A stretch of DNA of 63,610 bases, counting the filler, from Vannella sp. (Eukaryota), in assembly GCA_023345925.1 (NCBI GenBank). It is 8 parts of 8 records of this genome, joined end to end, with 100 filler letters (N's around TTAATTAATTAA, not from the genome) between each part and the next. Parts side by side here need not be neighbours in the genome. Positions count along the whole stretch, not along the records: positions 30,602 to 38,565 come from JAJQQN010001165.1; positions 38,666 to 50,298 come from JAJQQN010000130.1; positions 50,399 to 56,137 come from JAJQQN010000969.1; 5 more parts are not named here. One strand, written 5' to 3'. Every line of letters starts with the position of its first letter. Within the stretch, counting starts at the first letter, position 1. A program made the translations under genes and the position numbers. The notes beneath the pieces were generated by a model. The model searched no databases, had not been told where the DNA came from, and saw only the letters and a list, made by a program, of their open reading frames with translations. This document shows, piece after piece, positions 37,915 to 50,460 of this stretch.

Positions 37915-38837
37915 GCCGGTCCCCTTCACAACAAAATCTGTCCACAACAATAAATCCTTTCGAATGAATAGAATGAATATCCTTTCTCGCCCTAATTCCC
38001 GTTTTCCGGGATTGGGGGACTTATTGGTCTTCTAATGACTGACTGACTGACTGTTGTATGGATGTCATCACGCATCTTTCTACTCCTTTCTCACTCCAAA
38101 ATGGCTTCGATAACAATCAACACACCAAATCGCAAAAGGAGGCATTTGGGTAATCTTCTCCAGTGCTGCTGTGCTCGCATCGTTAAAGGCAAAGCTACCG
38201 GCCTCCCTTCCGCTTTGATGGACCAGATAACTCTTTGAAGGTACCGTAAGCCCCCGTCACTGAGGAAACTTGAGAATTGGTCTGGAAAGGAGGGACGTGG
38301 GCATTAAGCTGCCGTAGTACTCCCCAACCGGCAACTGAGGGGTATTCGGATGGACAGTACCTCCAGTGTTCGCGTCAAAGGTGGAAAAGGAGTAAGTCTG
38401 CTGGACAGGTCGAAAGGATCATCCACAACAGTGCCAATAAGATTATTCTTTCCAGATGAACACGCAGATTGAGCTCCAGGCGTTGCAAATGCAGAAGCAA
38501 TGCCGTTCGTAAAGTTTGAAGTGATTTTTGGGCCGATTCCAGTTGAAACTCCGGTCAAGACATTANNNNNNNNNNNNNNNNNNNNNNNNNNNNNNNNNNN
38601 NNNNNNNNNTTAATTAATTAANNNNNNNNNNNNNNNNNNNNNNNNNNNNNNNNNNNNNNNNNNNNTGATTCCGGTTCTCTTATTCTCTAAATTGACGAAA
38701 ACGACCAAAACGTTGAAATTCTCGGGATTGCTCACTTTGCCTCTCTTCCAAGATGTATCCTACGTTTACAATCATTTATAAGATTTGATTAAATTGCATC
38801 TTTCGGGAACCAGAGTTGGTCATTGGTTGGGGACGGG

Positions 38838-41787
38838 ATGCTGCGTCTGGTGAACAAGTTTGACTTGATCAGGGATGTCTTTGAGAAGATCCCGGAGAGT
38901 GTTCTTCATTCAGGGACGGAGAAGCTGACACCGGAGACATCGCGGCTGGCAATTGTTGGTCACGAGCGGACGGGTCATCTCATCATCAGTTATGATGGCT
39001 TTACTTCAGTAGGAGGACCTGTGAGACGCTTCTTCGTGTGGTCACTGACCTTGCATACCCCCTAGACAAAGCACAAAGTCACCTACTTTGATGTGTTTGA
39101 TCCTTCTACAAAAACTCGACGAACTGTCTATCGCCACACAGACCTCATCACCTGCGTATCAGCAAGCATATCAGAGGCTCAAACACTTCTAGGTACGTGC
39201 AGAGGAGAGGTTTCTGAGTCAGTGGGCTGACAAAGGGGGCTCAGCGGTGGTTCATCTGATGACTGTTTTGAGCGAGCAAACGGGAAAGGCTCCACAAGAG
39301 AAGAGTGAGGCAGGATCGTATCTTTTACGCAACTCCCAAAGCGAGGATAACTTCAAAGATAGCCCGAGGAGGAAAAGGGAGAAGAACTACGAGTTCCATT
39401 CGCTGGTTATCGAGCTACGAAAGGACGGGAAGTTCTACAAGACAGGTTTCGGTAAGGGAATAGTGCACAGAGTACAGTTCCTGTATATGAGGCGCCCTGG
39501 CATGTTCTATTTGCTCTATTTCTTCGAGCAGAACTTCGTCCACCTCTATCAGATACCTTCCCGCCACCTCCCAGCAGGGATTCAGGTGACTGCTCATCCC
39601 AATCTCATCAAAGTGATCGCAAAGAACTTCTATTGGTACGAATGGGACCGCCACAGGAACCTTTTGTTCCTCCTTCAACAGCGCAAATCCGCTTTGTTGG
39701 GCTCTACTTCGGCTACCGACCTCACAACAGCTACTCGAAGTACGGATACCTCCAATAGCTCGTACTGCACGCTCAAGTGCCTCTACATTCCCGACAAGAT
39801 CTACGAGGAGGTGTGGGAAGTCCCCTTGTACAAGGTGAAGATCCCCACGAGCTTCCCAGCGAACGCACACCCTTCTAGCTTCTTCTATGGCTTCGATAGA
39901 CGTGTCAGACTCCCGTCCTCGAGGCTATTCCACATGGTACGGCTGGACGGCAATGGATTCTGCCTGTGCCAGCAGCACCCCACCGAGGATGAGTTGGCCA
40001 CGGGCATACGCATCACCATCTTCGTTCTTCATGAGAAGGCACGCTTGGACATCACCATCCCCATGAACAACTACGACTACGACACGATTGCGAAGACGCG
40101 CGTGTTCTTTGGGCCTATCGGGAGCATGGTTCTCGTGTATGTGCCAGAGGTGTACATCCAGTTGGTGGATTGCGGGGCGAACCATCCTCCCTACTTGGGT
40201 ATTGTCCTTCCCATCGCAGAGATGGCCACGGCGCTGCCTTCTCGGAGGAGGAAGAGTGAGGGGAGCTCTCCTTCATCTTCTAGGGTGCTTCCTTTTGCCA
40301 CTGTGGCAGAGCCTTCGAACATGGCAGGGCATTGCCTGATGGATTGTATCCGGGGAGTGACTTATGAGTATCTTATTGACCGGAACGCACTTTTATCCAT
40401 CTTCAAGGACCGGCCTGACTACTTGCACGTTGCCACTCTGCATTTGGTGCTTATTCAAATGCAGGATAAGGAATTGGCGGAGGAGATTCTGAATCTCCTT
40501 TGCACGGACTATCCGTTCAACAGAGCGCCGCTGCTTCGTGAGTTCCTCATTGCAGAACCTTATAACAAGGCTCGGAATGGTCGTCAGACCTTGGGCACTT
40601 CGCAGATGCTGTCGGTAATGCCAGTGACTTCGCTGGTTCCTTTGGCACAAGACAGCACCGCAGCGCGGATTGGGATATCTTATTCCGAGTTACGAGGGTA
40701 CTACGTGTTGCCCTCAGAGAATAAGCTTCAGATACGTGATAGCGAGCAATTGCAGATCATTCCCCGCTTCCAACATGACCAAGCACCCCCTCTGAACGCA
40801 GAAATGCGTTATGTTGATCTTACAACAGCCACAAACTCTTCCTCTCGCATCCAAAGCTTCTTCAAAGGACTGGTGAATCTGGCTTCCCAAGAAGGAGGAG
40901 TCAGTCGGCTCTTGGACCAGTCTCCTAAAGAGGATTTGGACTCGAACTTGAGCAAAGGGCGCTCTCAGCTCATCCAGAATTTCACAGCGTACGTGACAAG
41001 TGCGTTCTATGCGAAGAGCTTGAACAAAGACAAAGTCCCTCCGATTGTACAGGAGTACCGCTATCTCATTACAGAGCAAGCCAACTCGCTGTACACGAAA
41101 ATCTCAACTGCCATGCACCTTCAAGGGGTTCGTAGCAAGTCTGAAGCGATGGTCATGTACCAGGTCCTTGAAAGCTTATACTGTGCCCTTGAAGAGCTGC
41201 GCTATCCTTGCCCACAAGGATTCTCTCATACTTTTGTGAGTCTGGGGAAGCAGTCCCTCCCCAGAAGTGTCTTTTTGCAGTATATCGAACGTGGGATCTT
41301 CACTTTGAACGTCCATTTTGTCGAGAAAGTGGTCCGGGAGTTATCAGAATCAGAAGAGGATCGATTGTTCAAGTACGAACTCCTCAGTCACCTCAATGAC
41401 CGTCAGAAGAGTCTCGCTATCATGCGCAATCACGAAGAATACGTCGAATATCCTTTCAAGTCACTTGACAAACTCCCTCCTTTCTCTCTTCTCTCCTTCT
41501 GTTACCCTCCTTAACGAACAGAAGATACTTATTTGTTGCAGTACCACTTGAACAAGCTCCCTTTGAGGCCGCCAACGGAAGAGGAGATTAACTTGCCCAG
41601 TAATCTGGAAGCCACCCACCAGTCGGCCTTCATCCCGAGGTCTGTATTGCTGATTGCTATTCGCGAGCGCTTTGTTGATGGAGAGTACCAATCGATGCTG
41701 TCTCTTCTGGAGAAGTACGAAAGCCGCCTCTTCACTTCCATCATCCAGTTGGCCAATGCCAGCCTCATTCAGGACCATTCCCAGTGA
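38838..41787 (+). CDS. GSAP: Gamma-secretase-activating protein (GSAP/pigeon) homologue; two GT-AG introns plus an AT-AC intron at 41448-41528
   Basis: MLRLVNKFDLIRDV, RVQFLY, IAKNFYWYEWD and C-terminal LESLYCALEELRYPCPQGF...LQYIERG resemble animal GSAP segments. Confidence 0.7.
41448..41528 (+). other. U12-type (minor spliceosome) AT-AC intron, 81 nt
   Basis: 5' splice site ATATCCTTT, branch site TCCTTAAC (41508-41515), 3' AC at 41527-41528. Removal restores the frame (GA|T TAT TTG). Confidence 0.85.
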
Positions 41788-41909
41788 GGAAGCATGTCCA
41801 AGTCACTGCAATAGCTTCTCCTCTTCCTTTTGAATGCAATGGCGAGGGTTTGCGAGTGTTTGGAGGCCAATTTGGGTCACTTTTGGGGAGCGTTGTGCTT
41901 GGAGGGGTC

Positions 41910-42989
41910 ATGGAAGAGCAGGAAGTCGTGTATGGCACCTCGTACCACCCCTATCCTAAGAAGGTGGTGTCACCTTACTGGAGGGAGAAGTACGAACGAG
42001 ATGCGCAGCTCTTTTGGGATCGCTTTTACCGTTCCAACGAGGACAAGTTCTTCAAGGGTGGGTTCACAGCCGTCCTCCGCTTTGTTGTGACCAGGAGGGA
42101 CTACCAGATCGCCACTATCTTGAAAGAGAGTTTCCTGAGTTAGATGGAACAGCTGTAAGATGCTACATAAGGGAGAAGGAGCCTCCTCTGATGGTTTGGT
42201 AGTGCAAAGTTCTTGAGATCGGTTGTGGTGTGGGGAACAGCTCTCTACCACTTCTAAAGGAGAACCCAGGACTGTTCTTCTACTCTTTCGACTTTAGTCA
42301 GAAGGCTCTTCAGATCCTCATTGATCGATCGAGAGAGGAGAAGGTGGAAGATCGCATTAGCGTCTTCCATTGGGATCCTGCAGTCTCTGAACTTCCTTGC
42401 AAGTATGACTATCACGGTCATCTCTCTCTACTTCCTAAAGAAGGTGCGGGCTCTGTTCTCTGGTAGAATGGCGAGAAATATAACTAACTGGAAGGGCTCA
42501 GGGGAGTGCGATCTGGGCTTGGTTGTCTTCGTTCTGTCCGCTATTTCCCCGGAGAACATGGTATCTGTGTTACAAAGGACTTCCAAGGTAAGGAGGGAGT
42601 AGCTAGAGGCGGCCTCTCCTCACAATCTGAAGTTCATCCGTTCAGGCGGAGTGATTCTCGTTCGAGATTACGCGGAGAACGACTCTGCGCATCTCCGGTT
42701 CCTTCAAAAGGGAGACCAATGCAAGTTAGAAGACAACTTCTACGTGCGAGGTGATGGCACCCGCGCATTCTACTTTACAGAAGGTAAGAATGTCACTTCT
42801 CACAAAATCTCTTTTTCGGGTCTTGACAACTGATGGATCTGAACCAAAGAGTTCCTCCGCAACCTCTCGGAACAAAGCAAAGTGTTCGCATCAGTGGATA
42901 TTGAGTTTGTAGAGCGAGAGGTTTGCAATCGAGAGATGAATGTGACGATGTCCCGCCGCTTCTTTCAGGCCAAATTCACGGTTAAATAA
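41910..42989 (+). CDS. METTL6: METTL2/6-family tRNA m3C methyltransferase (five introns)
   Basis: WDRFY...KFFK|DRHYL.REFPEL, LEIGCGVGN, FVLSAI, RDY, NFYVRGDGTRAFYF. Confidence 0.9.
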
Positions 42990-43042
42990 CACCATAGAAG
43001 GGTCCAGATATCCTTTACTCAATACGAATGCTCGTAGAACTA

Positions 43043-45790
43043 TCAGCGCCGTTGAGGAGAGCTGATGGGCGACCTCAGAGGAGTCTTGGCAGAGGGATCT
43101 GCCCTTCGGCGGTGAAGGAGAGCCAAAAGCTCTTCTCGTTCCAGATGAGAAAGAGCAGAGTCATCAATGAGAGTTTGGAGGTTCTCCTGCTCAACAATGA
43201 AGATATTGGCAATGTCTCTGAGAATAGCAAACTTCTGCTGAACAAGATCCCCGCCCAAACGCTTCGCAAAGTGTTTGTACTCAGTCAGATCTCGCATTAG
43301 CAGCATCCCTCCACTACCCAGAGATACTTTTTGCTTCTTGATATGAGACAAGAAGGTTCTGGTGGATGTTGAGTGGCGACGGGGTTGAGGGTGGGAGTGA
43401 CTTACTGGTAAAGTGCCAAGCCGAGTTCCAGTTGGTAGTTTTCGAGGTTACCTCCATCTAGTGTGCGAACGACAACCAAGTAATGTCCATTGAGATAGGC
43501 CAAGACTTTCTTGCATGCCTAGCAAATTGAGTTATCGTCGGGAGGCACTTTGTCCACTCACTTCTGTGTATTCTCTTCGCTCCATCCGACTGTTTGTTGC
43601 TTCTGTGAATCGGAAGTCATTCTTCTTCTGCTCTGCCACAAGAATACTGCTCACAGCAGTGATGACCTCTTCTCTTGTCAAAAGGGGATCAAGTTGGAAG
43701 GAGAATACTCACTTCCAATGACTTTTCTCAGTCCAGGGTGAATCTTTGCCTCCAGTGTCCCAATAAGAGAGTTCTTTTCAGTGACGCATTGCATCTTTTG
43801 ATTCTCTTCGTGGGCCAAATGAGGCAACTAGAGATGAAGGAAGGATTCAGAATGGATGGAACACTCTATAGACAGGAAGATTCGCTTACAATGTTACTTT
43901 GGAAGTGCTCAAGGAACAAAACTACGTTTTGAGTGATCTGACGGACGATAGAGAGAAACTCCGCAATCTTGTCAGAGTTAAGTGCCATTTGCTTGGCAGA
44001 TTGGGAATAATTCGCTTTGTTAATGAGGTCGTCATCCCGAGTGCGATCCTTATCAGCAAGTGCAGTGATGGCCGAGTCTAGAACACCTTCCAAATACTGC
44101 TGACCCAAATAACGGATGAGAGCTGTCAGTATCCAATGGATGGTGGATGCCCTAAACATGTTCAATTGACTTGCAAACACCCAAGCGTCACCCAAACTCA
44201 CTTGTCTTCATCTTTTGAAATCTTAACGCACCGTTCTACGGCCTGGCGATTGGCTCGAAGAAACTCAATCACCATTTCTCCAGAAAGGGCAATCTTTGAT
44301 AGGCGTTAGAGTCAGGACCACAGACAGTTCATAATTACACTTTGGCTAGCAGCGCCTGCTTCTTCTACCGGAGACTTTGAATGCTTATCGCGTTTCCGGT
44401 TGGCTGGAGACTGGAGATATAGTTGAGAAAGGGAGTTCCAAGTGAGATTCTTCTCACCATGGGAGCTGCTTGCTGTTCATAAGAAGCCAATCGGGTGCGG
44501 TAAAGGAGAGAAAGCCAACGAAGCTCTCGATCTCCATACTCTTGAATGTGTTCGTAAAACAAACTCCGCAGCACCTCTTTCGGGTTTAGTCCGGGCACAT
44601 TAAAGCGGACCACCTCGTTCAGAAGATTCCCTGTCAAGTCATAAAGGAGATTTAAAGTTCCCAACCACCCATCCAGTGACTCCAGCCATTCCTCAGCCTC
44701 GTCCCCGTCAGGTTCCGGAAGAGCTTTTTCGACAAGTCCGTGAAGCTAAAGCGCCCTAATTAGCTTACTTACGTGTGCACAAGACTTCTCACATATTGGT
44801 AGAAGACTTTCTCCAACAGCTCCTTCATAACAAGCCCAGAGGAAGGAAATACTTTCAATATCACTTCGTGCTCTCGCTGGCAAGTGCTTGTCAGTTTGGC
44901 AAATAGCTCTTTGATACGCTCAGCGAGCAAGTAGCCAGAATCGTCAGTTTCCCAGAACGCGTGGTTCAGGAAGATGGGAAGCTGGGAAATATAACGCCGC
45001 ACAACCGACAATCCTCCGTTAAAGGAGAACAGAACTTCGGCACATTCCTTCCCTTGGTGTGAGTCTAGTGCTTCGGATACTCTTTGATGCTTATGCACGC
45101 GTCTTACTTTCATCCTTTCGAAGTCTCCTTGACTTTGAGCCTTCTCGAAGAGGGCGAGAAGCTTCAATTCGATCTCATTCCCATGCTGCTCCACCCGCTG
45201 CAGTGCAGTTTGATGTCTAGCTGAGCTGAGATCTTGTGTCACTACCTGAAGCTTCTTGATGAGCGCAGCTCGCTCGCTGATCTTCGAATCATCTGTCATC
45301 AGAGCGGGCAAGTCTCTTTGCAAGTTCAGCTGGCTGAATCGTTCAATGAGGAGCTTCGCTTCCGCTGCTTTCTCTTTCTGTCTATCAACACTCTCCATCT
45401 GCTCTCCAATGCGGAGCGCTGTGTTGCCACGGTCGTAGATTTGTTTGTCGATGTGAGAGAACTTCTGACTGGAGGTCATAAACGTCTCGTGGAGCCCTGC
45501 CATCTTCTGCTGGTACTCTGTACGTGCTTTCTCCTTCTCTCGCACTACCACATCGATCTCCTCTTCCACCTGCAGCCCAAAGTGAGGAAGACAGGAAGGG
45601 AGACGCTGAGTTCACGCTACATACGACCTCACTGAGCTTGTCCAACTCTCTCAGTGCTCGCTCGAAAGCTTTGATTAAGGGCTGAGGAGAGAAGTGAGCC
45701 GGATCTACTCCAAAGTGAACAAAAGCGCACAAATACTCGAACACACGAACCCCCCAGCTCCTTCTGCTCTCGCAAAGGGTTGTGAGCCAT
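43043..45790 (-). CDS. EXOC5: Exocyst component Sec10 (about eleven short introns)
   Basis: ALRIGEQMES, MK|ECAEVLFSFNGG, EQKKNDF and C-terminal GGMLLMRDLTEY...NIFIV. Confidence 0.85.
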
Positions 45791-45999
45791 CTTATTGATA
45801 AATGCCTTCTCATCAAAGACTCCCTACACCGTCCAACAGCCTTCAGAACCTCTCCCAGCCCCACAGTAGTCCCTTTCAAACCTCAAACTTCCTCAGGTTC
45901 GCCGCCTTCGCCATAGAAGCAAAAAGAAATAATATTCCAAATCCTCTTATCGATGGGAGCCATTTTCAATTCCGCTTTGCCACGTGGCAGCCGCTGAGG

Positions 46000-46592
46000 A
46001 TGGACCGCTTCGAGTCTGGCCTTTCTGCTTCGGTTGACTATCCCACTAGCGAGGATGAACCTGCAAGTGGACTACCGCATCCGCTGAGCTTCCAGGTGGA
46101 GATGGAAGGCCGCTTGGCTCTGGCTGAAGAGGAAGAAGACAAAAGTAGGTTGTCGGAGGTTTGGAGTTCTTTGAGTTGACGGGCATACTTCACTTCTTAC
46201 TAGAGCCCATTGCTGGTAGGAAGAGACGAGCTTTGGCGGCTCCATTGATGGAGGAGGAGCCTAATATAACAGAGAAGCGACGGAAGAGGTGAGGGAGCCG
46301 CTTCCTCCTGATGCCTTTGCCGTCATCACTCTGACAGATTATGTGGGGTTCTAGGTTATTACAGAATCGCCTGTCTGCTGCTGCTTCTCGACAACGGCGA
46401 AAGGATTACACCCAGCTTTTGGAGACTCGGTGTGGAGATCTCCATCAGGAGGTGCTTTCTGCCTCTCTTTGGATCGCAGCCCTTGAAGAAGAGCTCAGTT
46501 CCTTACAACCAGAACGTTTCAGCGCCCTCCTTGCCACTGGCACCCAGTTTCGACTGAAGGAAGAGCTCAACGAGCCCATCCCGCCCCCTTGA
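46000..46592 (+). CDS. bZIP transcription factor (two introns)
   Basis: EKRRKR|LLQNRLSAAASRQRRKDY basic region followed by leucine heptads. Confidence 0.85.
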
Positions 46593-46836
46593 ATGAAATC
46601 AAATGACAGAAAAACTAATCAGTGGAAGGAAGGAATGAATGGGAGAAGGATGACGGCTTGCAGAGGGTGCTTCAGCGCTCCAAAGGCGGACAAGTCAGAA
46701 CGAAATCTCGTCGAACACTTGAAGAAACAGCCGTTTAAGAGGGTCCAGACCTTGATCTGAGACACATTATCACAGAAGACAATAAAGCTCTCATTCTTGA
46801 GCGAAGTAGGAAACGATCTCCTTCTGCGCCCTCAGA

Positions 46837-46931
46837 CTCTTGTTTCTGCCATGAAGCATCAGCAAGTCAACCCTGAAAACCCTGGGAGTTCGCCCTCTCT
46901 TGTTTCTGCCATGAAGCATCAGCAAGTCAAC
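46837..46931 (+). repeat. Two exact 35-nt direct repeats, 60-nt period
   Basis: CTCTTGTTTCTGCCATGAAGCATCAGCAAGTCAAC at 46837-46871 and 46897-46931. Confidence 0.9.
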
Positions 46932-47304
46932 GCGCGAGATCCCCTTTGTAGACCTCTGGAGGTGCTTTCACTCTTTTTCTCCATGATCCGTTGTTGGAAA
47001 GAGCGCATGTCTTGCAGATTGCGAGTCTTGTGAACAATGCGTTTGTAATGATTGTGAGCGCAGGCTTCGAGATATTGTTCACCCCGGAAGCCCGGAATGA
47101 AGTTATGCCTCAAACAAGGAAGAGCTCAACGAGCCCATCCCGCCCCCTTTTGAATGAAATTAGGAAAACACAAGAACCAATCAAATCGGAAGATTCTGCG
47201 TTATTTCCTTCTCGGCCAGCCAGTTAGATGGTCGACCGCGAGTTCATTCAAGATCCTCCTCGTTTGGGGTGAGAGGGGGAGAGAGAGCAATATGAGGTGA
47301 ACTA

Positions 47305-49095
47305 ATGAGTGGAAGGAATCAATGGGAGGAGGATGACAGCTTGCAGAGGGTGCTTCGGCGGTTCTTGCCAGCGCAAGTGTTCGACGAGATTCGCCCTGAC
47401 TTGTTCGCCTTTGGAGCGCGTGTTATCACGGATGTGGCGAAGGATGCTTCTTTGACTGACTTTTACTTGCCCCAACTCGTGCAACTGCGCCCTTGGGGCC
47501 AGAGAGTCGACCACATTGCCGTGCACGAAGCTTGGGACCGCCTTCACGATGTTGCTGCTCAAGAGGGCCTCATTGCCATCGGATATGAGCGTCTATACCA
47601 AGGTAAATGAGTTCTCTCGAAGTTGTCGTGCTCATAGGACCACAGAGTACAGTCGCTTGTATCAATACGCCAAGTTGTACTTGTTTGCTGCCGTGTCGAT
47701 CGTTTCCTGTCCTCTGGCGATGACAGATGGTGCTGCACGTTTGTCTGAACTTCATGGAGACCACTTTGTCAAAGAACGCGCTTACAACAGACTCATATCT
47801 CGCGACCCAAAGGTGTTTACCACCTCAGGTCAATGGATGACGGAGAGGACGGGTGGCTCAGACGTGAGCCGGACCAGCACAGTGGCCACACCTGTGTCAG
47901 ATTCTCACTATCTTCTCAATGGGTACAAGTTCTTCACCTCTGCAACGACGTCAGGGATGGCGTTTGCCCTGGGACGGATCGAGGAGGATGGAGAATCGAT
48001 CCCTGGGAACCTGGGCTTGAGCTGCTTCTTCATTGAGATGAAATGTCCAAACCATCAACCAAAAGACTTCTATCACAGTGCTTCAGCTCCCTTCAACCCC
48101 ACTGGAACTCGAGAAAGCATCCGCATTCATCGCCTGAAGGACAAGTTGGGCACCAAAGCGTTACCTACCGCTGAGTTGGAGCTTATTAACACACCTGGAT
48201 ACCTAGTGGGTGATAAGTCAGCGGGAATACGAGTGATATCCGAGATGTTCAACATCACACGGATCCACAATGCCATCTCCTCGTGTGCTTTGCTCCACCG
48301 CGCTCTGGCCATCGCCAAAGACTTTGCAACGCGACGCACTGCATTTGGAAAGACGCTTGATAAGCACCCTATTCATGTCAGAACACTGGCAGGCATTCAG
48401 GTGGAGTTAGAGGCGTGTATGCAAGTCACCTTTTATTCTATTTCCTTGCTGGGCCGAAGTGAATGTGGCAAGCTGTCTTCACAGGAGGGACTGCTTGTAC
48501 GTATTCTGATGCCACTTATCAAGTTGTACACTGCTAAAGCAGCGGTACGTGGAATCAGTGAGGCGTTGGAAGCTTTGGGAGGAACTGGATACTTGGAGGA
48601 CAGCGGAATGCCTCGGCTCCTTCGGGATGCTCAAGTCCTTCCCATCTGGGAAGGAACGACCAATGTTCTCTCTTTGGATGTCTTTCGGGTTCTTGCGAAG
48701 ACGCCAGAAGCATTCAATGCCCTCAAAGAATGCACCCTCCAGCGGCTCCCTTCAAGTGAAAGGGCACAGAAAATTGTGGACACCCTGGAGGCCATTGAGG
48801 TGGCGCTAGCTGACCAAGCATCTGTGAATCTGTTTGTGAGGGACATCAGCATGTCTCTAATCACTTGCTTTGCAGCTGGACTGTTGTACGAGGCCGCTTC
48901 ATCGGAGACTCCGGAGGAGGCGCGGGTACCTCTTCGAGTTGCTGATCGATACACAGAGGTGAGAAGGCCTCTATACTACTCTGAAAGTGTCTCACAAACC
49001 ATAATTAGCTTTATGTCACCCCTTTCGAGCTTTCCCTTCTCCACAACGAAGCTCAGCAGGATCACGAAGTTGTTTGGGGGCGCTCGAAGCTCTAA
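47305..49095 (+). CDS. AidB/Acdh-11-like acyl-CoA dehydrogenase with peroxisomal PTS1; two introns, the last at 48959-49008
   Basis: CPLAMTDGAA, GQWMTERTGGSDV, RLKDKLGT, LRDAQVLPIWEGTTN; the spliced C-terminus ends WGRSKL*. Confidence 0.9.
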
Positions 49096-49150
49096 TGAAG
49101 GTTTCCTTGCTCTGTACGGAGCTACTTCCTAATCACTATCCTTTGAGGAC

Positions 49151-49952
49151 TCAGAGATCATCTCCTTCATTCGGGGAACTCATGAACTGTCGGAAGAGGT
49201 CGGGCTTCTTCTTAGAGAGGAAATAACCGCCCGCAACAATCGCTATGAGCACCAGAATCACTCCCGTTACCATGGCTATCAGAATCTCACACTGTCAGAA
49301 GTGCCACGTGCAGGGGGAAGGTGGAGAACGTACCTGACCACTCGACGACATTCGAAAAGGAAAGGTCTCTTTGGAAGCCTTGTGGGGGAAGTGGAGTGGG
49401 CAAGGGGGTGGCTGTTAAAGTGACCAGGTTGGACATGAAAGACGGTGAGGCAGAAGGGGAAGAGTTGCCGTTCAACAGGCGGCAAGTGCATTCGGTGCAC
49501 CATTCAGGGCTGGGACAAAGGAACTCGTTCCCACTAAAGTCATGCATTACAGAAGGCTCTTCAGGGAAGGTCTTTGCCAAGTAGCCTGTGAGGAAGTTGT
49601 TGGAAAGGTCCCTGCAGGTCTTTGTTAGTCTCTTCCCTTGAAGAAGCTTCTATCCTTCTCACAAGAAGCTGAGGTTGGGAAAGCTAAACGGAAGGAGGTT
49701 CCCTCGTAGGTTGTTGTGGGCTAAAGAAAGGCCACGGACATACGCGTCGTCTGCAGCGCAGAACACCCCAAACCACTGACAAGCCGTCTCCAGATCTTCC
49801 ACAGGCCATTGCTGGGTCCATTCAGGGCCATGAGTGCTCTGATAGAGTGCAACAAGAGTGTCCACTTCACTCTTGGGAAGAGCCCCAGCTACTGCAACCA
49901 CCAGCAGCGCCAAGATGCCCGCCACCCACATGGCGCCAGAAAACAATGCCAA
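49151..49952 (-). CDS. Small secreted LRR single-pass membrane protein (two introns)
   Basis: Signal peptide, LRRNT-like ALYQSTHGPEW...CQWFGVFC, LSLAHNNLRG, DLSNNFLTG, then a TM and a short tail. Confidence 0.75.
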
Positions 49953-49975
49953 AAGGATGTATTAGGTCCTCTCCT

Positions 49976-50298
49976 TCATCCCATAGTGATGGCACCCGAC
50001 GCGATGAGCTTGTCGAAGGAGTTCTTCACCTCTGGATCGGCCAACATCCTACAGAAGAGTCCTCCGTTAGTCCTTCGATCAAGAGAAGAGGAGGGCGAGG
50101 CGAGGGCGGTGACTTACTTCATGGCGGAAGCTTGGTTGCCACCGGAGGAGAGACTTTGTAAGAGTTGCTCAATGACAGGGTTGCTCAAGATCACTTGGAT
50201 CTCAGGGTCGGCCATGGCGCGCTTTCGGCGGATCTCGCGCTCTACTGGATCAGCTTGGGCCTTGCTGATGAGGAACATGGAGTTCTGGATGCCGTTCT
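49976..50298 (-). CDS. STI1: C-terminus of Sti1/Hop co-chaperone (DP domain), partial; intron 50117-50049
   Basis: RAMADPEIQVILSNPVIEQLLQSL...MLADPEVKNSFDKLIASGAI*; not present in the ORF track. Confidence 0.7.
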
Positions 50299-50460
50299 NN
50301 NNNNNNNNNNNNNNNNNNNNNNNNNNNNNNNNNNNNNNNNNNTTAATTAATTAANNNNNNNNNNNNNNNNNNNNNNNNNNNNNNNNNNNNNNNNNNNNCG
50401 GCACTGAAAAGGATGAATCCAACCTCAAAGCCGGCCTCCTTTTCATTTCATCCTTTTCAG

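Noticed and set aside
38304..38565. Minus-strand ORF fragment at a contig end (also 8280-8659 and 56285-56527)
   Set aside because: Too short and featureless to support a call.
31905..41787. Apparent gamma-secretase-related cluster (nicalin near GSAP)
   Set aside because: The genes are on different contigs separated by an artificial spacer, and nicalin acts in the ER translocon BOS complex, not gamma-secretase.
43008..43016. ATATCCTTT here and at 37977-37985
   Set aside because: Both lie outside plus-strand coding sequence and have no downstream TCCTTAAC branch site.
46837..46931. CRISPR-like 35-nt repeat with 25-nt spacer
   Set aside because: Only two copies, no cas genes, eukaryotic context. 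Better explained as part of the local duplication scar.
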